Shown one piece after another: positions 26,238-36,654 of a DNA stretch of 58,927 nucleotides. Position 1 is the stretch's first letter. Every line of letters begins with the position of its first letter. This DNA comes from Deltaproteobacteria bacterium (GTDB taxonomy: Bacteria; Desulfobacterota; GWC2-55-46): the NCBI GenBank assembly GCA_016213015.1, contig JACRCE010000057.1, forward strand, positions 1 through 58,927, given 5' to 3'. Made by a program: the position numbers and the translations under genes. The notes under the pieces were generated by a model. It saw only the letters and a program-made list of their open reading frames with translations, had not been told where the DNA came from and made no database searches.

Positions 26238-27662
26238 ATGGCCGAGCGAGCGATACTGCTCATTGATGACGATGAAAATTCAAGGCTTAGCCTCTGCGAG
26301 ATATTGGAGCTGCAGGGCTACGGCGTAATAGCCGTTGCCACCGGCGAAGAAGGGCTGAGGCTCCATAAAGAGAACAACTTCAAGCTGATCCTGACGGATT
26401 TGCGGCTCCCGGGCTTGAGCGGCATCGACGTTATCAGGAAGGTCAAGTCTCTAACCCCGGACGCTGAAACAATCATCCTTACAGGTTATGCAACGGTAGA
26501 GACCGCCGTCGAGGCCATGCGCATCGGCGCCTTCAGTTATCTTAAAAAGCCGTTCGGCAAAGATGAACTGCTCGTTACCCTTGAAAAAGCGCTTGAACAC
26601 CATCGCCTCAAGACGGAAAACACCAAACTCAAATCAGAGATACGGCAAAGTTGCGCCGCGGCCATAACCGGCACGAGTCAGGCGGTGGTTGTGCTCAGGG
26701 AGGGCATCGAGAAGGTCGCCGATACCGACTCTACCGTATTGATCCTCGGGGAGAGCGGCACCGGAAAGGAGCTTGTCGCCAAGGCTCTGCATTACGGCAG
26801 TTCGCGTTGCAACAAGCCGTTTGTTCCTATAAATTGCGCGGCCATACCCGAAGACCTGCTTGAAAGCGAGCTGTTCGGTTTTGAGAAGGGGGCGTTTACC
26901 GGCGCAATAGCCGCAAAGGCGGGCAGGTTCGAGGTCGCTGACGGCGGGACCATATTTCTCGACGAGATAGGGGATATGAGTCCGGGCCTTCAGGTCAAGA
27001 TACTGAGAGTTCTGCAGGAAAAGGAGTTTGAAAGGATCGGGGGCCGGAGCCCGATAAAGGTTGACGTAAGGGTAGTGGCCGCTACGAATCAGGACCTTGA
27101 GGCCGCCGTAGAGCACAAAAGATTCAGGAAGGACCTGTACTACCGCTTGAACGTAATACCCATCCATACGCCCACGCTCAGGGAGCGCAGGGACGACATA
27201 CAGATTCTCTTGAAGCACTTCCTCGACAAAGGGTTTCATCTCAAGAAGAAAGAGATTAAAGGCCCGACCCCTGAGGCAATGAAGGCGCTTCAAGAGTACG
27301 ACTGGCCGGGCAATATCAGAGAGCTTGAAAACCTCGTGGAAAGGCTCATTGTCCTCAAGGAGGACGGAAGCGCTATAACCATCAAGGACCTGCCAGATAA
27401 GATAAGGCAAAAGACCTTTGATTCCGCTGTGTTGGCAGGCAATATTAATATGCCGGCTGATGGCATAGACTTTAACGCGGTTGTGGATAACTTTGAAAAG
27501 GATTTGATCATGACGGCCATGAGCAAGGTAGGCGGCGTAAAGAAAAAGGCGGCCGAGTATCTTGGTCTTAACCGTACTACGTTGATCGAGAAGATGAAGC
27601 GCAAGGGTATGATCGAGGCGGATGATGACGCGGAGGATATTGTAGAACGCACTAACCCATGA
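26238..27662 (+). CDS. NtrC-family sigma-54-dependent response regulator (receiver, AAA+, Fis-type HTH)
   Basis: 'ILLIDDD...[10 protein letters not shown]', 'GESGTGKE', '[15 protein letters not shown]', and C-terminal '[18 protein letters not shown]'. Confidence 0.9.
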   Translation: MAERAILLIDDDENSRLSLCEILELQGYGVIAVATGEEGLRLHKENNFKLILTDLRLPGLSGIDVIRKVKSLTPDAETIILTGYATVETAVEAMRIGAFSYLKKPFGKDELLVTLEKALEHHRLKTENTKLKSEIRQSCAAAITGTSQAVVVLREGIEKVADTDSTVLILGESGTGKELVAKALHYGSSRCNKPFVPINCAAIPEDLLESELFGFEKGAFTGAIAAKAGRFEVADGGTIFLDEIGDMSPGLQVKILRVLQEKEFERIGGRSPIKVDVRVVAATNQDLEAAVEHKRFRKDLYYRLNVIPIHTPTLRERRDDIQILLKHFLDKGFHLKKKEIKGPTPEAMKALQEYDWPGNIRELENLVERLIVLKEDGSAITIKDLPDKIRQKTFDSAVLAGNINMPADGIDFNAVVDNFEKDLIMTAMSKVGGVKKKAAEYLGLNRTTLIEKMKRKGMIEADDDAEDIVERTNP

Positions 27663-27690
27663 CTGTCTCGCAATAACATCGTTCATACAA

Positions 27691-27723
27691 AATAACCCCG
27701 CCATTTATGGCTGGGTTATTTTG
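27691..27723. terminator. Bidirectional Rho-independent-type terminator between convergent genes
   Basis: AATAACCCCGCCA-ttta-TGGCTGGGTTATT. 13-bp stem with one mismatch, A/T-rich flanks. Confidence 0.65.
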
Positions 27724-27749
27724 TCTTCTCGAAATACAGACTTGATCCG

Positions 27750-28151
27750 CTACTTGTTCAACTCGTCATATTTCGCGTACAGGATGTTCTCTTCCTTCCA
27801 AATCCTCATCTTCAGGTCGGAGAACAACGCACCGCACGCCTTGGCAAAATCGGTGCCCGCGCTTCCAGTGGAATACTTGTCGAAAAACTGCATGACGGCC
27901 TTTGACGTAACCTCCATGTCGCTCACGAACAGATCAAGCGCCTGCTTGAGTGACGGGTCCGTCTCAGCGGCCTTCTTGAGCACGGGATAGAGACTATCGT
28001 CTTCTTTTTTAAGGTGCGCCAAAAGTCCCATCTTTGCGGAGATCAGCTTATCCCTGCCCTCCTTTGAACTTACACCAAGTTTGCTGACCTCAGTCAGCAT
28101 CTCGACGATCACATTGTGGTCGTTCTTAAGTTCTTCTACGAGTATTGACAT
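27750..28151 (-). CDS. Hemerythrin-like (HHE cation-binding) domain protein
   Basis: 'LKNDHNVIVEML', 'LLAHLKKEDDSLYP'. AAGGAGG RBS. Confidence 0.5.
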   Translation of the reverse strand: MSILVEELKNDHNVIVEMLTEVSKLGVSSKEGRDKLISAKMGLLAHLKKEDDSLYPVLKKAAETDPSLKQALDLFVSDMEVTSKAVMQFFDKYSTGSAGTDFAKACGALFSDLKMRIWKEENILYAKYDELNK

Positions 28152-28195
28152 TATTATCGCCTCCTTGCTTTGTGGTTCCGTCTGCCTTTAATCCA

Positions 28196-28224
28196 AGTAT
28201 ACTCAAGTATCCGTTAAATGTCAA
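28196..28224 (-). promoter_or_regulatory. Candidate sigma-70 promoter for the hemerythrin-like gene
   Basis: Minus strand TTGACA-N17-TATACT. Confidence 0.55.
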
Positions 28225-28348
28225 TGCGATTCAATTTTGCGCGGCGTATGTGCATGTCGTATCACGCCATCCGGCGTAGTTGCATATTTTTTAGGGCATA
28301 TTTCAGCCTAATAGGCCTGTCGTTCAGCGTCATTTTTATGACTATGTA

Positions 28349-28361
28349 AATCAAATTATTG
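28349..28361 (+). promoter_or_regulatory. IHF-consensus-like site upstream of the sigma-54 promoter
   Basis: AATCAAATTATTG fits WATCAANNNNTTR. It lies about 100 nt upstream of the -24 element. Confidence 0.3.
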
Positions 28362-28458
28362 ACATGCGTGGGGCAAAGAAATTGATGTAATATGCCCAGA
28401 TAGGCTGTTTATCAAACAAAATCCAAATTTATCAGCACGTTTGCGCGTCAATTTATGT

Positions 28459-28474
28459 TGGCACGTAGGTTGCA
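28459..28474 (+). promoter_or_regulatory. Sigma-54 (-24/-12) promoter upstream of flhG-fliA
   Basis: TGGCACGTAGGTTGCA versus consensus TGGCACG-N4-TTGCW. 52 nt before ATG 28526. Confidence 0.75.
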
Positions 28475-28525
28475 GTAGTTATATCTCAACCGAACCATTT
28501 GTGTGCTTCTCAGGCCGGAGAACAG

Positions 28526-29395
28526 ATGCATAAAGAAATCGGACATAATGCCCAAAATAATGTGCAAGCTGAACGTCAACCGCCAACACGGGTTATATCC
28601 ATAAGCAGCGGCAAGGGCGGCGTCGGCAAGACTAACACGGTCGCCAATCTTGCGGTCGCCCTTGCGAGGCTTGGAAAGAGGAGCCTTTTGATGGACGCGG
28701 ACCTTGGTCTGGGGAACCTCGACCTGTTGTTCGGCGTTCAGCCCGAATATAACATTACTCATCTCCTTAGCGGGGCAAAAACAATAGACGAGGTGTTGGT
28801 AAAAGGGCCTGACAACATCCTCATCCTGCCTGCCGCGTCCGGCGTTCAGGAGCTTACAAACCTTACGGCCGATGAGAGGCTCTCCCTCATCGCGCATCTT
28901 GAAAGCCTCTCCGTCAAGTTTGATATTATGCTGATCGACACCGGAGCCGGCATATCGGACAACGTGCTGTTCTTCAGCGGCGCCTCACATGACATAATGG
29001 TCGTGGTTACGCCTCATGGCGCGTCCATCACCGACGCCTGCGCCCTGATGAAGGCGCTTCTCAAAAAACGCGGCGAGCGTTCCTTCAAGCTCCTTGTCAA
29101 CGGCGTCAAAAGCAGGAAGGAGGGGCTTGAAGCCTATAGGAACGTCGTCGCCCTTGCCTCCACTATGCGCCTCGACATATCGGTTGATTATCTCGCCTGC
29201 GTACCGTTTGACGAAAACGTACGGAGGAGCGCCGCTCGCCGGATGACCGTCATGGAGGCGTTCCCGGAGTCGAAGGCGAGCATGGGTTACGAAGAGCTTG
29301 CAAGGGTCGTGTTGGATCTTCCGTATCCGGCGACGATGAAGGGCGGAATGCAATTTTTCTGGAGACGGACGTTTGATGCCGCGAACAGGGCGTAG
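28526..29395 (+). CDS. flhG: MinD/ParA-family flagellar number regulator FlhG (YlxH/FleN-like)
   Basis: Deviant Walker A 'SGKGGVGKT'. A C-terminal amphipathic tail ('MKGGMQFFWRRTF') is suspected. Lies immediately upstream of fliA. Confidence 0.75.
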   Translation: MHKEIGHNAQNNVQAERQPPTRVISISSGKGGVGKTNTVANLAVALARLGKRSLLMDADLGLGNLDLLFGVQPEYNITHLLSGAKTIDEVLVKGPDNILILPAASGVQELTNLTADERLSLIAHLESLSVKFDIMLIDTGAGISDNVLFFSGASHDIMVVVTPHGASITDACALMKALLKKRGERSFKLLVNGVKSRKEGLEAYRNVVALASTMRLDISVDYLACVPFDENVRRSAARRMTVMEAFPESKASMGYEELARVVLDLPYPATMKGGMQFFWRRTFDAANRA

Positions 29396-29398
29396 CAG

Positions 29399-29546
29399 TG
29401 CGTAAGAAAAACCAAATGACGTTGAAGGCTACTCAAAAAGCCGTAGATGCGAGGCGGCGAGGAAGCGATGAATGAGACGCACTTTGTTGTGCGTCGCAGT
29501 GAGGAGCGACGAGACAACAAAGCATATGCGGTTTTTTCAGCAGCAT
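29399..29546 (+). repeat. MITE-like element, family A, copy 2 (between flhG and fliA)
   Basis: '...CTCAAAAAGCCGTAGATGCGAGGCGG...GACGCACTTTGTTGTGCGTC...GAGACAACAAAGCATATGCGGTTTTTTCAGC'. Confidence 0.8.
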
Positions 29547-29580
29547 GGTAGTCAAAAAAAAGAAAGATAAGGATCGTGCA

Positions 29581-30315
29581 ATGAATACATACTGCACCGC
29601 GTTGAAACCGGAAAAGTCAAGGCTGTTGGGTGAACATCTGCACATCGTCAAGATAATCGCCTATCAGGTGGCCGGCGGATTGCCGCAGCATATAGACGTC
29701 AACGATCTGATAAGCGCGGGCATGATCGGCCTCCTCGAATCCGTGGAGAGGTTCGACTCGTCGCGGGGCGTGCAGTTCAACACCTATGCGTCTATCCGTG
29801 TGCGCGGCGCGATAATGGACGAATTGAGGAGCTTGGACTGGATGACGCGCTCCATGCGCGACAAGTCCAACCGTCTGGAAAAGGCATACGGCGCCATAGA
29901 GAAAAAGACGGGCAGGCCGGCCGGTGAAGAGGAGGTGGCCGAGTTGATGGGCATTACGACCGAGGAGTTTAACGCCCTTTTGAGCGAGGTGCGTTCCTTA
30001 AACGTCCTGAATCTCGAGGACATGGGGCTTAAAAATTTCGACGAGGGCATGGACATATTGGAGTGCATAAAGGACCCGAACGGCTGCGACCCTATGAGCG
30101 CGATGAAAACAACGGAGCTTAAAAGGAGCGTTGCCGAGGCGATAGCCTCGCTCCCCGAGAAGGAAAAGCTCATCATATCGCTTTACTACTACGAGGAGTT
30201 GACCCTCAAGGAGATCGGCAAGGTGCTCGATATAACCGAGTCGAGGGTCTGCCAGCTTCATACCCAGACCATGTTAAGGCTCAAGTCAAGGCTCAGTGTG
30301 TACGCAGATGCGTAA
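29581..30315 (+). CDS. fliA: Flagellar sigma factor FliA (sigma-28)
   Basis: 'LISAGMIGLLESVERFD...FNTYASIRVRGAIMDELRSLDW' and region 4 'LTLKEIGKVLDITESRVCQLH'. The tracked start at 29545 lies in a repeat. Confidence 0.85.
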   Translation: MNTYCTALKPEKSRLLGEHLHIVKIIAYQVAGGLPQHIDVNDLISAGMIGLLESVERFDSSRGVQFNTYASIRVRGAIMDELRSLDWMTRSMRDKSNRLEKAYGAIEKKTGRPAGEEEVAELMGITTEEFNALLSEVRSLNVLNLEDMGLKNFDEGMDILECIKDPNGCDPMSAMKTTELKRSVAEAIASLPEKEKLIISLYYYEELTLKEIGKVLDITESRVCQLHTQTMLRLKSRLSVYADA

Positions 30316-30471
30316 GCTTTTAGGCTGAAGGCGTTCAGGCTGTAGCGCGAAAATCGGCGGGATGGATGAAGCAAAGCGCGCCCAATCAAACGCCGCTGCC
30401 GATAATCGTCAACCATTTTCTGATATTATTGAAAAAATAGCGTATAATCTCACTGTAGAACCTTCCCCACA

Positions 30472-32409
30472 ATGAACGACATTGAAACCATAAAAAATCA
30501 ATTATCCGGCTCGGATCCGCTTGCGCGCAGGGATGCCTGCGCCTTGATAGGCGAGAGGCGGATCGTGGATTTTATCCCGGAGTTGGTCAGGATTATAAGG
30601 GATTCAAACCCGGGGGTCAGGGACGCGGCTCTCAACGCCCTTGTCTACATCGGCGGAGCTCGGGTGGCCGAGTCGATCGCGCATCTTCTCAGGGACAACG
30701 ACGCCTCAGTCCGAAATATGGCGATAGAGGTGCTTGAACTATCCGGTCGAGACGCCGTGTCCGTCGTAACCGCTCTGCTCGACGACGATGACGACGACGT
30801 CGTTAAATTTGCGGTGGACATACTTAAAAATATCAATGAAGCAGGCTCCTGCGCGGATGTCCTGAAATTGATGCGGCATCGGAACCCGAACGTGCGCGCC
30901 TCCGCCGCGATATGCCTTGGGCGTCTCAAACCCGCGGGCGCGTTGGAAGAGTTGATCAAGGCCATGGCCGATCATGAGGAGTGGGTGAGGTTTTCCGTGG
31001 TCGAGGGGCTGGGGCTGCTTAAAGACCCCCGCGCACAGCCGTCTCTTTTGTCCCTCATAGTCTCAGGCGAGGGCGTTTTGATGGAAGCGGCCATTGACGC
31101 CCTGAGTTGCATCGCAACGTCGGACGACGCGGCAGGTGTGCTTGTCGAGCTTGAACCGGCCATAGAGGCGGGAAGGGTCGTTGCTATCGGCTCGATAGTG
31201 GACCTGCTTGAAAAGGCGTTCTCTCCGGGCGCCGGATTCACGCCCTCCGACGACTTCAAGCGGATATATTTCAAATACCTTGCAACGGCGGTCAGGGAAG
31301 GGGACGAGCGCGTCAAACTGGACGCTCTGAGAGGCGTTGGCTTCCTTAAACTCGGCAGCGGCCTTGACCTGATATTCAAGTTTTTGGACGGTCTTAAAGA
31401 GCTTGACGAGGACACGGAAAGGCTACTTGTGGACACCGTCATATCGATAGCGCTTGCAAACCGTTCGGTCGTCATTCCGATGCTCCATGCGGGGATGGGC
31501 AATGGCGGGATAGGTTTCAAGGTATGCGTAAAGGCGATAGCGGGCATAAGGCCGCCCGAGTCGGTCGGGCCTCTTGCCGCGCTTATGAAGACCGCCAATA
31601 CTCACGAACTGAGGGACGTTGCCTCGGCGCTCGAGGCGATCGGCACAAAGGAGGCGTCCGCCGCGCTTACAGCCTCGTTGAAGGCTTCAGACGGTCATGC
31701 GCGCGGCATATCGGCGCGCGCCCTTGCCTCGCTTGCCGGCGAAGAGGCGGTAAAACCGTTGTTTGCCGCTCTCTTGGAGGAAAAATACAGGGACGTTGCC
31801 GAGGCAATAGTCGATGCGCTTGCGGGTATACCCTCCTTGGAAGCGCGCCAAGGCTTCTATCGCCTGTTAAGTTCTGAAAGGGAAGACCTGCGCGAGATGA
31901 GCGCGCGGGCATTGAGCTTTATCGGCGACGAGGAAGCGTCGGGGCGTCTTAAGTCGGCCGTTGACGATTCGAGCGCGGCGGTGAGAAAGTCGGTCTACAA
32001 TTCGCTTGCAAGGATAGGACTCCCGGACGCGGTGGACACGGTAATAGACGGATTGAAGGACCATGACGCCGGCGTCAGGCTTACGGTGTTGAAGGCGCTC
32101 GGCGGCTGGAGCGGCGCTCGGCTTCAGGCGGCCGTTCTCGGATGTCTTCAAGACGAGAACATGTGGGTAAGACACCATGCGGCTATGCTGTTGGGCGAGA
32201 TGGCGGATATGGACGCCGAGGACAGCGTCGTGGCTCTGCTTGACGACGACGAGGCGGTGGTAAAGGTCGCGGCCGCAAAGGCATTGGAGAGGATCGGCGG
32301 ACTCAAGGCCGTCTCCGCGCTGGAAAAACTGCTTAAATCCCCGGACGACAGGGTAGCGGCGGCGTCGCAAGCCGCGCTAAAGGCCATAAAATGCTCTCGC
32401 TTGGTCTAA
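30472..32409 (+). CDS. HEAT-repeat (PBS-lyase-like) protein, 645 aa
   Basis: Many repeats of 'D.D..VR..A..ALG.IG...A...L' type. The 3' end overlaps the cheR start by 19 nt. Confidence 0.75.
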   Translation: MNDIETIKNQLSGSDPLARRDACALIGERRIVDFIPELVRIIRDSNPGVRDAALNALVYIGGARVAESIAHLLRDNDASVRNMAIEVLELSGRDAVSVVTALLDDDDDDVVKFAVDILKNINEAGSCADVLKLMRHRNPNVRASAAICLGRLKPAGALEELIKAMADHEEWVRFSVVEGLGLLKDPRAQPSLLSLIVSGEGVLMEAAIDALSCIATSDDAAGVLVELEPAIEAGRVVAIGSIVDLLEKAFSPGAGFTPSDDFKRIYFKYLATAVREGDERVKLDALRGVGFLKLGSGLDLIFKFLDGLKELDEDTERLLVDTVISIALANRSVVIPMLHAGMGNGGIGFKVCVKAIAGIRPPESVGPLAALMKTANTHELRDVASALEAIGTKEASAALTASLKASDGHARGISARALASLAGEEAVKPLFAALLEEKYRDVAEAIVDALAGIPSLEARQGFYRLLSSEREDLREMSARALSFIGDEEASGRLKSAVDDSSAAVRKSVYNSLARIGLPDAVDTVIDGLKDHDAGVRLTVLKALGGWSGARLQAAVLGCLQDENMWVRHHAAMLLGEMADMDAEDSVVALLDDDEAVVKVAAAKALERIGGLKAVSALEKLLKSPDDRVAAASQAALKAIKCSRLV

Positions 32410-33248
32410 GCAACAGGCCAAAGCTCTCGCCTGAGACCTTCCGCCTTTTGAGGGACGTCATATATGTGCGTTCAGGCATCGCCTTTGCCGAGGCGAAGAC
32501 GTATTTGCTTGAGACCCGCCTGTCAAGGCGGCTTGAGATCAGGGGTCTCAAGACCTTCGAGGATTACTATTATTTTTTGACGTACGATCCTGAGCGCGAA
32601 CAGGAGTTTACCCAGCTCCTGAACGTGATAGTCACGAACGAGACCAGTTTTTTCCGCGATCAGACCCAGCTTGACGTCTTCAGCAAAGGCGTAGTGCCGC
32701 GTATTATGGAAGAAAAATCGAGGAGCGGCTCCAAAAATCTGCGTATCTGGAGCGCGGCCTGTTCGACTGGCGAAGAGCCTTATACGCTGGCCATGCTTCT
32801 TATGGAGGCCGGTCTGCCGGCAAAGGGCTGGACCATCGAGATCGTGGCCAGCGACATAAGCGAGATAGTGCTCCGGGCCGCGGAGGCCGGCCATTACGAC
32901 AAATATTCGCTCAGGAACACCCCTGATGTTTATCAGAAAAAATATTTTTCAAACAGCGCGGATGCCTTCTCCATAAAGGAGTCGGTGCGAGGATTCGTCA
33001 GGTACAAGCGCATCAATCTGATAGAGGCAAACGATACGCGGTCGGTTATTGGTTTCGACGTGATATTCTGCAGAAACGTATTCATATACTTCGACGACGT
33101 TTCCAAGAAGAGGGCCGTGAGCCATCTGTATGATTCCCTTGCAAGGGGCGGGTATCTGTTCGTGGGCTTTTCAGAGTCGCTCCATAATATAACGAGGCTT
33201 TTCAAACCGGTAAGCATTGACAGGTCGCTTGTGTACCAGAAGGCGTGA
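32391..33248 (+). CDS. cheR: Chemotaxis protein methyltransferase CheR
   Basis: 'TNETSFFRD', 'IWSAACSTGEEPYTLAM', 'IFCRNVFIYFD'. Confidence 0.9.
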   Translation: MLSLGLSNRPKLSPETFRLLRDVIYVRSGIAFAEAKTYLLETRLSRRLEIRGLKTFEDYYYFLTYDPEREQEFTQLLNVIVTNETSFFRDQTQLDVFSKGVVPRIMEEKSRSGSKNLRIWSAACSTGEEPYTLAMLLMEAGLPAKGWTIEIVASDISEIVLRAAEAGHYDKYSLRNTPDVYQKKYFSNSADAFSIKESVRGFVRYKRINLIEANDTRSVIGFDVIFCRNVFIYFDDVSKKRAVSHLYDSLARGGYLFVGFSESLHNITRLFKPVSIDRSLVYQKA

Positions 33249-33255
33249 GGCGCGT

Positions 33256-33627
33256 ATGGACAAGATGGAAAAGAAGGTGCTGATTATCGACGACTGCGAC
33301 ATGACGAGACGGCTCTTGAGTTACATCGTAAGAGCGAACGGCTACAAGATAATGAGCGCCACCAACGGCTTCGAGGCGCTTGAGATCATGGCGTCGAACC
33401 AGATAGACCTTGTAATCACGGACCTCAACATGCCGCAGATGGACGGGCTTGAGCTTACAAGGAACCTGAGGGCCGGGGAGGCGTACCACGAAATCCCCAT
33501 AATCATGGTGACAACCGAGGGCGGCGATGATAACATAAAAACCGGCATGACCGCCGGAGTGAGCGCCTATCTCGTAAAGCCCTTCAGCGCGCAAAAACTC
33601 CTTTACGAGATGTCGAAGCTGATATGA
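33256..33627 (+). CDS. CheY-like single-domain response regulator
   Basis: 'VLIIDDCDM', '[13 protein letters not shown]', 'MVTTEG', 'LVKPF'. Confidence 0.8.
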   Translation: MDKMEKKVLIIDDCDMTRRLLSYIVRANGYKIMSATNGFEALEIMASNQIDLVITDLNMPQMDGLELTRNLRAGEAYHEIPIIMVTTEGGDDNIKTGMTAGVSAYLVKPFSAQKLLYEMSKLI

Positions 33628-33683
33628 AGCCGGTATAAATCCCTTTGTTATTATAGTCACCCGCGGTACTATTTTTTTGACAG

Positions 33684-33833
33684 GTTGTAAGAAAAACCCA
33701 ATATTGCCGCAGGTTGCTCAAAAACGCCTAGATGCGAGGCGTCGAGGAGCGACGAATGAGACGCACTTTGTTGTGCGTCGTTCGTTCCGAGCGACGAGAC
33801 AACAAAGCAGATGGGCGTTTTTCAGCAACCTGC
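33684..33833 (+). repeat. MITE-like element, family A, copy 3 (between cheY-like and cheY)
   Basis: Same architecture and orientation as copy 2. Confidence 0.8.
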
Positions 33834-33856
33834 TAAAACTACCGGAGGTTTCAGGC

Positions 33857-34267
33857 ATGTACGACCAGAACATGAAGATACTCGTCGTTGACGACTTCGG
33901 CACCATGAGGAGGATAATCAAGAATATCCTGCTTGAGATCGGCTATCACAACATAGAGGAGGCCGAGGACGGCGAGATCGCCCTTCAGAAATTGAAGGCA
34001 GGCGGCATAGAGTTCGTGATTACCGATTGGAACATGCCCAACATGTCCGGTCTGGAGCTTCTTACCGCCATCAGGCTCGACGAGGCTTTGAAGGGTATTC
34101 CGGTTCTCATGGTAACGGCAGAGGCCGCCAAGGAGAACGTCGTCAACGCGGTGCAGGCAGGGGTGAGCAACTATATCGTCAAGCCGTTTACGGCAACTGT
34201 GCTCAAGGAGCGCGTGGACGCGATACTTGCCAAGGTCAAGGCCGCCCAGAACCAGAAATATAAATAA
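33857..34267 (+). CDS. cheY: Chemotaxis response regulator CheY (enterobacterial-type)
   Basis: '[14 protein letters not shown]', 'EEAEDG..AL.KL.AGG', '[16 protein letters not shown]', '[11 protein letters not shown]', 'IVKPFTA'. The upstream part of the tracked ORF is a repeat. Confidence 0.9.
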   Translation: MYDQNMKILVVDDFGTMRRIIKNILLEIGYHNIEEAEDGEIALQKLKAGGIEFVITDWNMPNMSGLELLTAIRLDEALKGIPVLMVTAEAAKENVVNAVQAGVSNYIVKPFTATVLKERVDAILAKVKAAQNQKYK

Positions 34268-34306
34268 CGCCGTCGGTCATGTTCCCCTTGAAAGGAGATT
34301 TCAGCT

Positions 34307-34918
34307 ATGCCTGAAACGGAGTGGAGTGAACTCTTAAAACGTGTGAAAGATGAACTGGCGCTTCTCGTCAAGTTCGTGGACAAGACGCGAAACGGGCTTG
34401 ACAGCATCGAGTCCACCGTCAAACTCAGCACGGAAAAGTTTCCCGAGGCATCCCGTCAGATAGACCTCGTTGCCGGCGAGCTTGAGAATGCGGCCAATAA
34501 CATCATTACGCTCCTTGAGTCCATGATGCTGGAACAGGAAAGGACTCAGTACCTTATCAAATCGCTCTCGGAATGGATAAGTTCAGTGAGCGCCGACAAC
34601 AAAGACAAGGCATCTGACGCCATCGGCCAGCTTGGCGCCATAAACATAAAACTTAAAAAAGACCTGATGGAGATATTCTCAAACCTTTCCTTTCAGGACC
34701 TGACCGGCCAAAAATTGAGGAAGGTGATGACCAGCCTTTCATCGGTCGAGACCAGGCTTTTGGAACTTGCGCTCACCTTCGACATCGTAGGGGACAAGGG
34801 CAAGGTTCACAAGGCCAAGAAGGATATGCTCGACGTGCTCAGCGACGCTAAAAAGGAAGAGCCGATGAAATTGAATCAGGAGGTCGTTGATAAGATATTA
34901 AGGGAGCTTGGCGCGTAA
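34307..34918 (+). CDS. cheZ: CheZ-like CheY-P phosphatase
   Basis: Catalytic D-x3-Q in 'LSFQDLTGQKL', size about 200 aa, position directly after cheY. Confidence 0.6.
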   Translation: MPETEWSELLKRVKDELALLVKFVDKTRNGLDSIESTVKLSTEKFPEASRQIDLVAGELENAANNIITLLESMMLEQERTQYLIKSLSEWISSVSADNKDKASDAIGQLGAINIKLKKDLMEIFSNLSFQDLTGQKLRKVMTSLSSVETRLLELALTFDIVGDKGKVHKAKKDMLDVLSDAKKEEPMKLNQEVVDKILRELGA

Positions 34919-34920
34919 AG

Positions 34921-34980
34921 GCCGTGACCGTGAACGGCTAAACGAGATTGCAGCGCGGAGCGAGAACGACCGTGAAAGAT
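34921..34980. repeat. Short chimeric repeat (ACCGTGA units plus a family-C-like core)
   Basis: 'GCCGTGACCGTGAACGGC...GAGATTGCAGCGCGGAGCGAGAACGACCGTGAAAGAT'. Confidence 0.6.
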
Positions 34981-34982
34981 AA

Positions 34983-36653
34983 ATGTCCTTAAACGAGATG
35001 GACGACATTATAAACGACTTCATCGTGGAGGCCGGGGAGACGCTTGACGGCCTTGACAGGAAGTTCCTTGCCCTTGAAAAGTCCCCGCGCGACGCAACCC
35101 TCTTAAACGACATCTTCAGGTCCATGCACACCATCAAGGGAGCGGCCGGGTTTTTAGGCTTCCAGCAGATGGTCGAGGTGTCTCACGTCGCCGAAGACGT
35201 GCTCAACAGGCTCAGAAAAGGCGAGATGGTCGCCGACGCGGCCATAATGGACGCCCTGTTGCATTCCGTTGATATGGTCAAACGCCTCCTCAGAAATATA
35301 AAGGACAAAAATAGCGCTCAGGAGAATATCGAACCGATAACAAACGCGCTCAAGGCCGTGCTTGCACACGCGCCGCATAAGGCGCAAGATGCGGCGAAGC
35401 CGTCCGTGGCAACGCCCTCCGATGCGAAGGAGTCTCAGGAGGCAACGCTCAGGGACAAGGAGACGAGCCTCAGGGTTGATATCGAAAGGCTTGACGCGGT
35501 CTTGAATCTTGCCGGAGAGCTGGTGCTCTCGCGGAACAGGTTGTTGCGCCTCGGCTCAAAGGTTCACGAAAGCAGGCTCGACGACGCGCTTTCCTCGCAG
35601 TTGGGAGAGGCACTCGCCTCGCTTGACCTCGTTACCTCCGATCTGCAGCTTGCGGTGATGAAGATGAGGATGCAGCCCATCGCAAAGGTGTTCAACAGAT
35701 TCCCGCGCATGGTCAGGGACCTTGCCAGACAGCACAACAAGGAAATCGAGCTTGTCGTTACCGGACAGGAGACGGAACTCGACAAGACGGTCATCGAGGA
35801 GATCGGCGATCCGCTGGTGCATCTCATAAGAAATGCGGTTGATCACGGCATGGAGGAGACCGGGGAGCGCGCATCGAAGGGCAAGCCGCGCACCGGCACG
35901 ATACGGTTATCGGCCTCTCAGGAGGGCAGGAACATACTCGTGTCCGTGAGCGACGACGGGCGCGGCATGGACCCGTCGTTGATAAAACGCTCGGCCATGG
36001 ACAAGGGGCTTATATCGGCCGGGGAGGCGGAAGCGCTCTCGGCCAGGGAGGCGTTGAACCTCATATTCATCCCTGGTTTTTCAACCGCCAAGAAGGTGTC
36101 GAACCTTTCAGGGAGAGGCGTGGGCATGGACGTGGTCAAGACCAACATATCGCGCATCAACGGCAGCATCGGCATCGAGTCCGAACCCGGCAAAGGCACG
36201 AAGATAGAGTTCAGGCTGCCTCTGACGCTGGCCATCATACAGGCGCTGACCGTCGAGGTCAACGGAGAGGTCTACGGCATCCCGCTTTCCACGGTCGTCG
36301 AGAATATCAGGATACGAACCGACGAGATAAAGACCGTTAACGGCAAAGAGGTCATCCATCTCAGGAACAGGGTGTTTCCGGTCATGAGGCTCGGCTCGCT
36401 CGTCTCGGCGAGCGAGGTACAGAGAGACTCCGCATGGAAGTATATCGTCATTGCCGGCATAGGAGAGAGGTCATTCGGGCTTCTCGTGGACAAGTTGAAC
36501 GGCCAGGAAGAGATAGTCATGAAGTCGATGGGCGAATATCTCAAGGGCACCGAGGGCATTGCCGGCGCGTGCATCACGGGCGACGGAAACGTAATACTCA
36601 TCCTTGACGTGGCGGGTCTCCTTGAGGCGCTTGCAAGGACGTATGCGTACTGA
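34983..36653 (+). CDS. cheA: Chemotaxis histidine kinase CheA (556 aa, no recognisable P2 domain)
   Basis: Hpt 'FRSMHTIKGAAG'. 'DPLVHLIRNAVDHGME', 'GRGVGMDVV', P5 CheW-like. Only about 40 aa link Hpt to P3. Confidence 0.9.
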   Translation: MSLNEMDDIINDFIVEAGETLDGLDRKFLALEKSPRDATLLNDIFRSMHTIKGAAGFLGFQQMVEVSHVAEDVLNRLRKGEMVADAAIMDALLHSVDMVKRLLRNIKDKNSAQENIEPITNALKAVLAHAPHKAQDAAKPSVATPSDAKESQEATLRDKETSLRVDIERLDAVLNLAGELVLSRNRLLRLGSKVHESRLDDALSSQLGEALASLDLVTSDLQLAVMKMRMQPIAKVFNRFPRMVRDLARQHNKEIELVVTGQETELDKTVIEEIGDPLVHLIRNAVDHGMEETGERASKGKPRTGTIRLSASQEGRNILVSVSDDGRGMDPSLIKRSAMDKGLISAGEAEALSAREALNLIFIPGFSTAKKVSNLSGRGVGMDVVKTNISRINGSIGIESEPGKGTKIEFRLPLTLAIIQALTVEVNGEVYGIPLSTVVENIRIRTDEIKTVNGKEVIHLRNRVFPVMRLGSLVSASEVQRDSAWKYIVIAGIGERSFGLLVDKLNGQEEIVMKSMGEYLKGTEGIAGACITGDGNVILILDVAGLLEALARTYAY

Positions 36654-36654
36654 C

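Noticed and set aside
30398-30405. GCCGATAA, a sigma-28 -10-like octamer between fliA and the second che cluster.
   Set aside because: There is no TAAA-type -35 element at the required 15-nt spacing; the nearest CAAA/TCAAA are 21 and 7 nt away. It remains a weak candidate only. A sigma-70-like CTGATA-N17-TATAAT at 30421-30449 is at least as plausible.
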